Below, one piece after another: positions 15,901 to 23,062 of a DNA stretch of 24,133 nt. The position numbers were made by a program, and so were the translations under genes. The notes under the pieces were generated by a model. The model was not told the origin of the DNA, did not search any database, and saw only the letters and a list, made by a program, of their open reading frames with translations. Numbering within the stretch: the first letter of the stretch is position 1; each line of letters opens with the position of its first letter. The DNA is taken from positions 1 to 24,133 of the forward strand of contig JBDGSM010000007.1 of NCBI GenBank assembly GCA_042217545.1, read 5' to 3'. The stretch comes from Candidatus Nanohalobium sp. (GTDB lineage Archaea; Nanohalarchaeota; Nanosalinia; Nanosalinales; Nanosalinaceae).

Positions 15901-17883
15901 CGTGATCTCACCACACTCCGTACATCTATTATGAATTATCTGCTCCCGTACAATTCCCTGCTCTCCATGCATTGTCTGCTTGTAGGAAGCGGACAGGTTT
16001 CTCATACGTCCGCCCTCCTGCTTGCCGCAGGGGAACAGAAGCTGTGGATCGCCGTTCAGGGTCCTGCGCTCGGCTTTCTCAGGCCTCCCCATACGTCCTC
16101 CAAGGTAATGCGGTGCCTGATCCCTGACCTCTATACCTGAAACATCCTCTATGAACCCCGGTATATCTGAGGCCTTCTCAACTTCCTCAAGTCTTTCAGT
16201 ATTGTCGTTTTCAAGGTCGAGAACTTTTCTCATCACCGCCATATCGTTTTCCCTGAGCTCGATCTCGCCTTCTTTCTCCCTGTGCTGTACAAGTATATCT
16301 TCCAGGGCCTTTTTCGCCTTCGAGTTCCATTCCTCGTTGCGCAGGGCCTTGTACAGGGCCTTGAACTTTGCTGGAGAGGTCTCTCTCCAGTGGTACGTCC
16401 ACTTGGGATGTAGAGGCATTCCGAGAGCTTCGGATATCTTGAAAGCTTCCTCCGGCGTCGGATCCCGTTCCTCGAAGCTTTTGCCAAGCTTTACATCCTG
16501 CTCTTTCAGCTCCTTATCCAGTTCTTTCTCCCACCATTCGCTTACGTATGGTGAGGGCAGCAGTTTCTTACCGTTCTCCACGAACTCGCCATACGTTACA
16601 AGTATATCGCCGAGGAACAGTATCTCCTCTATATCGTTCTCCAGTTCCTTTGCTTCTTCCCTCGTATCGACTTTTACCACATCTCCGTTCTTCAGACGGG
16701 CTACAGGCGGATGGATGCTGTCGCACGGGCTCCCGACCGTTGCCTTGCCCGGGTACTCCACTTTCATCTGGGTTCCGATCGCGAGGAACCGCTCTGTGAT
16801 CTCCATCGTCGCCGGGTGGAAGCTGGTCGCTGCGAGGCCGTTGGTCCTGCTGTGACCGTACCTCAGGCGGAAACCTCCTTTCCTCCCGGGATGTCCGAAG
16901 ACAGGCCTTCCAGCGGTTAGGGAACCGAGATACTTGTCGCTCGGCGTGTACTTGTCCTTCTCCTCATCGTCCTCTTCTTCATCGTCGCTTCCGGACGAGT
17001 GGAGCTCTTTCTGCAGGTCAAGATATTCTCCTATCCATTCCCAGTGCTCCAGGCCGAACTCCTCGCCCCATTTCTCGATACGTTTCTTGATCTTCGGAGC
17101 TTTCAGCGGTAGGCCGTCCAGGTAGACCAGGCAGAGGCCTCCACGGATCTGGTTCGTGTCAACGCGGTCGAGGTCCTTGTAGTTCGAGACGTCCAGGTCC
17201 TCAGTAGGGCTTCCTGTGACCTCGACAGGAACGTTCTCGGCAATCATCTCTGTCTCCTCCCTCTCCGGCGAATACTGCTTCGCCGTAACCCTGTTAATAT
17301 AGTCATCAACTTCTGTAGAATAACGTTTCACGACAGTATCTGAAGGCTTGAAACGGTCAAGGCCTACGCCGATCCTGACGTAATCGGAAAGCAGGACGGA
17401 CATGGCGCTCGCAGTACCGCCCGCGGATCTGATAGGTCCTGAGTAGTAGACCGCCAGGTACTTACTTCCATCATCGTTCTCACGTACACGGATGTCTCCA
17501 ATACCTTCCAGCGGCGCAGTCGTGATACCCCCCGTCATGTAAGAGACACCTACACGAATACCTGCGTCGCAGGCCTTCTCCACGTCGTCGAAGTCGTAGA
17601 AGTTTCCCTCCGCGATCTCCCGAGCAATAGAGAACGAAACCCTCTCGTCGTTCTTCCCGTACTCGTCCTCAAGCTCCCTGATCCTAGCGGCGACGCCCTG
17701 ATCCTCCAGCTCCGGGAACATCGCCGCGATAACCAGCGAAGAGGCCTTCTCAGGCAGATCTGTGGCTACAGGGATGTCTACCTTGTCTTCAGGATCCTTG
17801 GACTGATCTCTCGCCTTCTCAGCTACATCGTAGGCCTTTTCAGTTTCCTGTGATATTTTTCCAAAGTATTCCTCCGTTTTCAT
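12913..17883 (-). CDS. polC: DNA polymerase D large subunit DP2, intein-containing (about 1165 aa after splicing)
   Basis: APLEGI, GPIRSAGGTA, GGFRLRYG, GRMGRPEKA, GLAPHTS, HAAKRRNxDGDED, MDAPL and Zn-finger clusters. Confidence 0.97.
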   Translation of the reverse strand: MKTEEYFGKISQETEKAYDVAEKARDQSKDPEDKVDIPVATDLPEKASSLVIAAMFPELEDQGVAARIRELEDEYGKNDERVSFSIAREIAEGNFYDFDDVEKACDAGIRVGVSYMTGGITTAPLEGIGDIRVRENDDGSKYLAVYYSGPIRSAGGTASAMSVLLSDYVRIGVGLDRFKPSDTVVKRYSTEVDDYINRVTAKQYSPEREETEMIAENVPVEVTGSPTEDLDVSNYKDLDRVDTNQIRGGLCLVYLDGLPLKAPKIKKRIEKWGEEFGLEHWEWIGEYLDLQKELHSSGSDDEEEDDEEKDKYTPSDKYLGSLTAGRPVFGHPGRKGGFRLRYGHSRTNGLAATSFHPATMEITERFLAIGTQMKVEYPGKATVGSPCDSIHPPVARLKNGDVVKVDTREEAKELENDIEEILFLGDILVTYGEFVENGKKLLPSPYVSEWWEKELDKELKEQDVKLGKSFEERDPTPEEAFKISEALGMPLHPKWTYHWRETSPAKFKALYKALRNEEWNSKAKKALEDILVQHREKEGEIELRENDMAVMRKVLDLENDNTERLEEVEKASDIPGFIEDVSGIEVRDQAPHYLGGRMGRPEKAERRTLNGDPQLLFPCGKQEGGRMRNLSASYKQTMHGEQGIVREQIIHNRCTECGEITHYSFCRECDAPAEAVWVCSDCGKEYTEEKDKCGNCGGTWLNRYRETDIDVRKMMDDALENLGMREPPELLKSFRGMTSKHKHVEPIEKGLLREKYDLYANKDGTVRYDASDIPMTHFKPKEINVSVEKLREIGYKQDVNGEELENEDQVLELKPQDLVIPDGENTLKASDYFVRVANYVDELLEEFYGLDSYYDVEEKQDLVGSLVIGLAPHTSGGTVGRIIGFTDAKGIYAHPYWHAAKRRNADGDEDAILLMMDGLLNFSRKYLPDMTGARSITRDTRLVVKRNGEIKAPRADELIDEVLEEEGFETREDGFEVNRSFDEDIKAVSFDKDSGDVEFRDVSALIRHENDKEVFEVSTSRGEISVTGDHSVFVTEGDEIEARPVRELEEGDCIVVPSNPELEAEGLEDEIDLFELLPDDECYVKVPEEELEELESEIKAEAGEEVKEEYGEHNIYRYRTGRRDAPLEFYKDVGVVPSCKVRLRANTDPVDRFIENSAELYRLLGYLLSEGDLDRGRITNTDEDVIEDVEHCIRELTGVEPRTHIDDREGKKKCYWVDTPAVLMRALEELGLEREKFDEKSIPSFVFGAEEEKVEEFVQAYRAGDGSIYEEKGFSKLYTKSGEMATQLSLLVRKLGFKSSTRKAGETWEVLYSEWTDKDPYWPLWNVLDEGREALRADGADYKEIKQSFSNDRKNDRMKTASKQRVEELYGKGLDSLEKPVRGDISVERVKEVEKRDYGDDYVYDLEVPGNQNFLCGPHPVFAHNTMDAPLILSTVLNADEIDDEAWAIETVDEYPLGFYEETQEYKKPWNLDNEIQIGEDIVHSDEPYRHGFTHESTSVENGPNQSEYVTLDEMSEKTSAQLGLGEKLKAVDEDKVAELLLQKHFLPDIRGNLRSFSSQEMRCVDCNEKFRRVPMTQQTIAPSGKETAECPECGGKVLLTISEGTIKKYMQPSKEIINEYEITPYLRQQVLMLNKTLQSLFGKDQRQTGLGQFAG
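13609..15081 (-). mobile_element. Intein with LAGLIDADG homing endonuclease (491 aa, residues 935-1425 of DP2)
   Basis: N-terminus SITRDTRLVV, block B VTGDHSVF, LAGLIDADG motifs LLGYLLSEG and AYRAGDGSI, block F VYDLEVPGNQNF, C-terminus AHN with +1 Thr. Confidence 0.93.
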
Positions 17884-17884
17884 C

Positions 17885-18682
17885 CTACTCCTGGCCTCCG
17901 TAACGTTTTTTTACAATTTCAAGTATGTCTTTGAACTCTCCTGTCTCCGCGTCAACATTATTGTACTCCACCTGTTCATGGTTCTCCACCATGAATGAAT
18001 TCTCGGCTTTTTCAGCGATATCAACGTCGTTCGCTCCGTTGCCTACGAAAACGATCTTCCGGACTCCTGCTTCCTTCATCTCGTTGAAGGCCTTGCTCTT
18101 ATCATCGGCGTAGACGTCTTTCTCTATAAATTTGAACCTGCCATCGCTGAACTTGAAGGTCCAGCTCGGGACTACAAAGTCTGCATCCAGGTTCCTGGCC
18201 GCTTTACACGACATGCTCTCCGACGTATGGGAGAGAATGCCTACCTTGAAGCCTGACTCCTTGAAAGCCTTCACAAGCTCTGCGCTGCGATCTCTCAAGT
18301 TCAGGAACGACTTGTTGTACCACTCCACAAGGTCTTCCGCGGTCTCATGGTCTGTCTCCTCCAGTAACTTGTTCAGCTGCTGGACGTTCTCCTGCTCGAA
18401 CTCCTCCCGTGAAATCTGTCCGTTCCACCACTTGTCCACGCGTCTGAAGTACTCTTCAGGCGTTTCACCGGCAAGGAGATGGAGTCCGCTCCAGTAGCCA
18501 AGATCCGTCTTTATTTCAAAGCTCTCCCCTTCAAACATCCTGTAAACGTGTTCAGGCCTCGGGTTCGGAGGCACATGCCGGTCACCTGGCTTGAGAGTTC
18601 CCTCTACATCCATGAGAACAACTTTTTTCCCTTCAAAGGCCTTGAAATCTTTTTTTCCCGATAGTACTTCTATATCTTTCAT
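17885..18682 (-). CDS. HAD-superfamily hydrolase (phosphoserine phosphatase-like)
   Basis: Motif I LMDVEGTL, motif II ILS, motif III K, motif IV FVGNGAND. ATG 18682 is preceded by GGAGGTGA. Confidence 0.82.
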   Translation of the reverse strand: MKDIEVLSGKKDFKAFEGKKVVLMDVEGTLKPGDRHVPPNPRPEHVYRMFEGESFEIKTDLGYWSGLHLLAGETPEEYFRRVDKWWNGQISREEFEQENVQQLNKLLEETDHETAEDLVEWYNKSFLNLRDRSAELVKAFKESGFKVGILSHTSESMSCKAARNLDADFVVPSWTFKFSDGRFKFIEKDVYADDKSKAFNEMKEAGVRKIVFVGNGANDVDIAEKAENSFMVENHEQVEYNNVDAETGEFKDILEIVKKRYGGQE

Positions 18683-18848
18683 CAGAACTGTTTCACCTCC
18701 GAACTTCTGAACTCTAAGACTCCTCGAGTCTTCCCCGGCCAGCAACCATAGGTTGCGGGAGTTCGACCATCATAATACATGGCTCGAGAGAGCCATTTCT
18801 TGCGTGCCAACTGAGCGTAACCAGTTGTCATCAGAACTGTTTCACCTC
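18679..18848. mobile_element. 128-bp hairpin-rich insert (18700-18827) flanked by a 21-bp direct repeat; holds a 49-aa ORF at 18682-18831(-)
   Basis: TCATCAGAACTGTTTCACCTC at 18679-18699 and 18828-18848; four hairpins with 6-7 bp perfect stems inside. Mobility is inferred. Confidence 0.6.
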
Positions 18849-20639
18849 TGTGTTCCTGTTCTTGAAGTTTAGTATAGTTACTTTTCCTGGATCTGGCTCG
18901 TGCCCTACACGTTTCTGGAAATCTGTCTGGGCCTGGAACGTCGACGAGCAGATGACGTTCACGCCCTTGTAGCTGCTTACTGCATGGCTGTGGAAGTGAC
19001 CTGAAACCATTACATCCGGCTTCTCCTCGATAACCATGTGATCAGTAGCCTCGGGCGAAAGCATGTTTGTTCCGTACGTCGGCGCAAGATGCCTGCGCTT
19101 CAGAAGATCTATCATAACACGGTCCGGCTCGTCGTAAGCGTGCTCACGAAGCTCCTGAATCTTATCCACGTGATCGTCAAAGCTATAGCCGTGATACATC
19201 AGATGCTTCAGGCCTTTTGACTCGATGCCGTGAAGCCTGACAGTCTGAGGATTCTGGACCCTGTGAACATTATCATATTCAGGAATCCTTGTGAACGCTT
19301 CCCTGGGCAGCCTTGGCTGTGGCTCGGAAAGCCTTGTTATATCGTGGTTGCCCGGTCCTATAATTATCTGTATGTCCTCCGGTATCTTGTCAACCCAGTC
19401 CTCAAACAGTTCGTACTGCTTGTAAATATCGGTTACACGCAGTTCCTCTTCCTGTCCTGGGTAAACGCCCACGCCTTCAACAAGATCGCCTGTGATAACA
19501 AGATAGCCGATCTTCGACGCCGCATCCGTGGAAAGCCACTCGGCAAAACGGTCCAGACGGTCATCAAGAGTATCTATCGATCCAAGGTGTAGATCAGAGA
19601 TGTAAGCCGCCTTGACCTCATCTTCAGTGGAGGCTGTCCTGCCCTGAGGAATAGGAAGGTCAGGCCTCACCACGCTGTTCGCGTAGATGATGTCGCCCCC
19701 CATGCTTCCCTGCACGCCGATCATCTCATCCGGAACAATCAGTTCGCCAGGCCTCTCATCAACAAGGGCCTTGAAAGTCCCTGTCTTGTCCTCAATCTCT
19801 ACTATGTATTTACCTGAGGATGTGGAGTACTTGTCCTTTACAAGGCCTACTGTGGTCGCCTGTTCCCCTTCATCTCTCTTCTCCAGTCTCTTTATGGTTG
19901 TTGCTGACTGAAGCTGCGTTCTCCGGGTAAGAAGCTTTCTCATCCTGTCGTAACGGTCGTTGTAATAGGATAAGAACTCTGGGACGTCTTTTTCTTCTTT
20001 ATTGATATCTGCCTCGTCCATTATCTCGACCTTCGTCCTCAGCTGATCTCTTCTACCTGAATCACGAAGTCTTACAGTTTTCTCTGAGGAGAACTTGGAG
20101 CCTCTGCGGTCGTAAAGCTCCTCCTCTTCCTCGCTCAGATCATTGTTAAGCTTGCTCTCGTCCACTTCTTCATCAAAGTCTTCATCTGTGGAGTCGGTGC
20201 CCTGAGAAGTCTGATCCTGGGAAGGTTCTTCCTGATCCTGTTCAGTATTTCTTTGCTGTTCGGAGGCGTCTTCATCTTCTGAACTATCCGAAACTATAAC
20301 GCTGTCCTCCATCTCCCCCTCCTGTTCAGTAGTTGTACCTTCACTTATTTCAGTCTCGGAAACAGCTTCAGGCGAAGAATCACCGGGCTGTGAAGAAGAT
20401 TCCTGCTCCACCTCTGAGCCTCCACCAGGCCTTGCCTTAACGACCTGCCTCTGCTTGCCCGTGGAGACGTCCTGAGAAAGCTTCTGCCTGAGCCTCTGCA
20501 CCATATCAGCTGAAACATACATCGGAGTGGTGTCAAGCTCTCTGATCAGCTCTACATCTCTCTCAGTCAGTTTCTCTGCTGCTTCTCTTCCCACCATGCA
20601 GCCCTGTTTAGTAAGTTCTTTTACCGCGTTTTCTTCCAT
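18831..20639 (-). CDS. polB: DNA polymerase D small subunit DP1 (proofreading exonuclease)
   Basis: OB fold, then calcineurin-like phosphoesterase motifs ISDLHLGS, GDLVEGVGVYPGQ, PGNHD, YHG, SGHFH, FQAQTDFQ. Confidence 0.96.
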   Translation of the reverse strand: MEENAVKELTKQGCMVGREAAEKLTERDVELIRELDTTPMYVSADMVQRLRQKLSQDVSTGKQRQVVKARPGGGSEVEQESSSQPGDSSPEAVSETEISEGTTTEQEGEMEDSVIVSDSSEDEDASEQQRNTEQDQEEPSQDQTSQGTDSTDEDFDEEVDESKLNNDLSEEEEELYDRRGSKFSSEKTVRLRDSGRRDQLRTKVEIMDEADINKEEKDVPEFLSYYNDRYDRMRKLLTRRTQLQSATTIKRLEKRDEGEQATTVGLVKDKYSTSSGKYIVEIEDKTGTFKALVDERPGELIVPDEMIGVQGSMGGDIIYANSVVRPDLPIPQGRTASTEDEVKAAYISDLHLGSIDTLDDRLDRFAEWLSTDAASKIGYLVITGDLVEGVGVYPGQEEELRVTDIYKQYELFEDWVDKIPEDIQIIIGPGNHDITRLSEPQPRLPREAFTRIPEYDNVHRVQNPQTVRLHGIESKGLKHLMYHGYSFDDHVDKIQELREHAYDEPDRVMIDLLKRRHLAPTYGTNMLSPEATDHMVIEEKPDVMVSGHFHSHAVSSYKGVNVICSSTFQAQTDFQKRVGHEPDPGKVTILNFKNRNTEVKQF

Positions 20640-20671
20640 ACAAAGATTCTCCCCCGTTGATTAAGGCCTTT

Positions 20672-21880
20672 CTACCCGATGTAGAACTTGTCCTCTACCA
20701 TTTCTTCAAGCCTTCCACAGATATTATCCGAAAGGTCTACGCTGATCTGTCGAGTCCTGCCGTAACGTCCCTTGCTGATGACTTTGGCATTGATAACACC
20801 AAGCATGTCGAGCTCCGAGATAAGGCCTGAAACTCTTCTCTGCGTAAGTTCTGAAACATCTACTGTCTTGCAGAGGGCCTTGTACTCGCTGTAGACATCT
20901 CCTGTAGCGATCTCGTCCTCGTCCTCCGTCATATCAAGTATTGTGTAAAGGACTAGCTTCGAATGCTTCGGCTGGCTTCTTACAGTCTCGACCACTCTGT
21001 CACGCTCGATCTTGCTCTGTGCCTTGTTCACATGTTCTTTCTCTATTCTTTCTACTTCGGAACGCTCGGCCAGTTCACCTGCGACACGTAGCAGGTCGAG
21101 AGCTCTTCTTGCGTCCCCGTGCTCCTGTGCAGCTAATGCAGAACATTTCGAGATAACTCCGTCCTGGAGAGCGCCTTCGACAAAGGCCTTGTCAGTCCTG
21201 GCTCTCAGGATCTCTCTCAACTCGATAGCGTTGTAAGGAGCGAAAATTATCTCCTCCTCGGAAAGCGAGGACTTGACTCTTGAATCCATGTAATCAGTGA
21301 AGTTGAGATCGTTGCTGATACCTAAAATGGAGACCTTGGTCTCGTCCAGATCGTCGTTGATCCTGGTAAGGTTGTAAAGGAACTCGTCTCCGACCTTCTT
21401 CACGAGCGCGTCGATCTCGTCCAGCGCGATAACTACGACTCCGCCCTGGTCCTGTAAGGCCTCGAAGAACCTGTTGTAGATCTCATCTGTAGGAAGGCCT
21501 GTGCTAGGCACTTCTTCACCTAATTGACGAGCAAGTTTAGCTAGTAAACGGTATTCAGTATCTGCAACCTTCTTCATCTTGCAGTTGATGTATAGTATGT
21601 TCAGATCTATCTCCTGCTCATGTGCAACATCTTGAAGCTCATCTGTAACATGTTTTACGACCAGTGTTTTCCCTGTACCTACAGATCCGTAAAGGAAAAC
21701 ATTGCTAGGATCATTGCCTTTCAGTGATGGCGCTAGAATAGATGCCAGATCATTGATCTGTTCATCCCTGTGAAGGATGTTATCCGGTTTGTAGCTGGTG
21801 GTCAGAGCGTCCTTGTTTTTGAAAACAGAATCCTTATCGATGTAGTTAGAGAACATCGACTTCAGATTACTCTGACTCAT
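20672..21880 (-). CDS. cdc6: Orc1/Cdc6 replication initiator
   Basis: Walker A GSVGTGKT, Walker B LDEID, HGDARRALDLL, C-terminal wHTH ELDMLG..SKGRYGRTR; GGAGG SD upstream. Confidence 0.97.
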   Translation of the reverse strand: MSQSNLKSMFSNYIDKDSVFKNKDALTTSYKPDNILHRDEQINDLASILAPSLKGNDPSNVFLYGSVGTGKTLVVKHVTDELQDVAHEQEIDLNILYINCKMKKVADTEYRLLAKLARQLGEEVPSTGLPTDEIYNRFFEALQDQGGVVVIALDEIDALVKKVGDEFLYNLTRINDDLDETKVSILGISNDLNFTDYMDSRVKSSLSEEEIIFAPYNAIELREILRARTDKAFVEGALQDGVISKCSALAAQEHGDARRALDLLRVAGELAERSEVERIEKEHVNKAQSKIERDRVVETVRSQPKHSKLVLYTILDMTEDEDEIATGDVYSEYKALCKTVDVSELTQRRVSGLISELDMLGVINAKVISKGRYGRTRQISVDLSDNICGRLEEMVEDKFYIG

Positions 21881-21931
21881 TCGACCCCCTCCGTAAAGTC
21901 AGAATCCAGAATCATCTTTGTCCCCGTATCA

Positions 21932-22410
21932 TTTCTACTTGAAACCAAGGTTTATAATCCCTTTCCAATCGAAGTCGGGGTGATTTGGACCCCCACCCCC
22001 TGATTTCGTGTGGAAAACTAATCTGCCCAAAGTTTCTGAGTATAACAGTGTTATATAGTTATAACGTTGTTATACAGTATAGCAGTGTTATATCCGAACT
22101 CCCAGCTCAGAAGCTTTCTTCCACTTGAAACAAAGGGGTGGGCGGCTTCTTCCACAGTAGCTCGAGATCACTGAAACAGCATATTTCCAGCACAGCAGAA
22201 ATCCTTTCCGGCATACGGCTACTTCCGCGAGCAGGCCTACCTGTATAACGCCGTTATACTTTTCTCCTCGGGTCGCAGGAAAAAATCTGGCCGACCGATC
22301 TCCCGCTCCCGAACTCAGAATTTTGTTTTCTCCAGTCGAAGGCCTCAGCTTCCTTCCTCGCATCTACTTCTCGAGCAAAGGCCTTTTCCACCCCCTGATT
22401 TCATGTGGAG
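21932..22410. other. Replication origin (oriC) with ORB elements
   Basis: ORB-like boxes: 22119-22142(+) TTCCACTTGAAACAAAGGGGTGGG; 21990-22015(-) TTCCACACGAAATCAGGGGGTGGGG; 22388-22410(-) CTCCACATGAAATCAGGGGGTGG; mini-ORB 21932-21950 TTTCTACTTGAAACCAAGG. Directly upstream of cdc6, with flanking genes pointing away. Confidence 0.88.
22041..22258. repeat. Four TATAAC-N3-GTTATA palindromes (22041-55, 22060-74, 22078-92 with one mismatch, 22244-58)
   Basis: Read directly from the sequence. Confidence 0.8.
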
Positions 22411-22697
22411 ATTTGGTTAACATTCCTGTCTCGGTGACAAATTTCCTGCCTTTCGAGATATGTTTGTGTAATCCTTGGCTTTTCTTGTAAGAATTTCTGG
22501 AACTTGATATCTGCTCATAAAGAAACTGATTTTCTTGGTATAAACTTGAGCTCTTCTTTATGGAAACCCTTGTTCTATGTATGCACCCATTTAAAACAGC
22601 TGTTTGTACTGAAGAGGAAGTCTTATTTTGTAAAGATGCCTGAGATCTTTATCTGTTTGCAGGATTTTTTATAGAGATATCTTCTCCAATATGAGTT

Positions 22698-22982
22698 ATG
22701 GAGAGGGAAAACTTCGGTTCAACGAGAGGCAGGTTCGAGTCCGTTGAGACGGAGGAAGCTGAAGCTGAGGCCTTTGTACCTCCTGAACTTCCTGTGGAGA
22801 TCGAGCCGGATATGGAGTTGCTTAATCTTCTTGACACTGCTCGGGGCAACCTTGGAAGGCTGTACAGCATGTCCGAGGATCTCGAGAATCCAGCTCTCTA
22901 CTATGGGCCTGCGCTGATGCAGGAGGCGGCTTCGAGCTCCAGGATCAAGGAAATTATCAAAGGGGAGAAAGCCGAGGCCTGA
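22698..22982 (+). pseudogene. Truncated Fic-family gene (N-terminal domain only)
   Basis: AFVPPELP...A..NLGRL......NP.L......EA.SSSRI matches the Fic N-terminal domain; the ORF ends before any HPFxDGNGR motif. Confidence 0.72.
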
Positions 22983-23062
22983 AAAACCTGAAAGGCCTCT
23001 AAACCGAGTTGTTTCACCCTTTGAAACAAAGGTATTTAAACCGTTTCAACTGTCATGAAACC

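Noticed and set aside
18683..18745. HAD N-terminal extension from the ORF track
   Set aside because: TTG start lies inside the hairpin insert; GGAGGTGA supports ATG 18682.
22088..22363. 91-aa ORF within the origin
   Set aside because: Basic, atypical composition and overlaps an ORB.
22417..22518. 33-aa ORF MSRYQVPEIL...(-) with TTTATA upstream
   Set aside because: No motif, basic composition, AT-rich origin flank; insufficient support.
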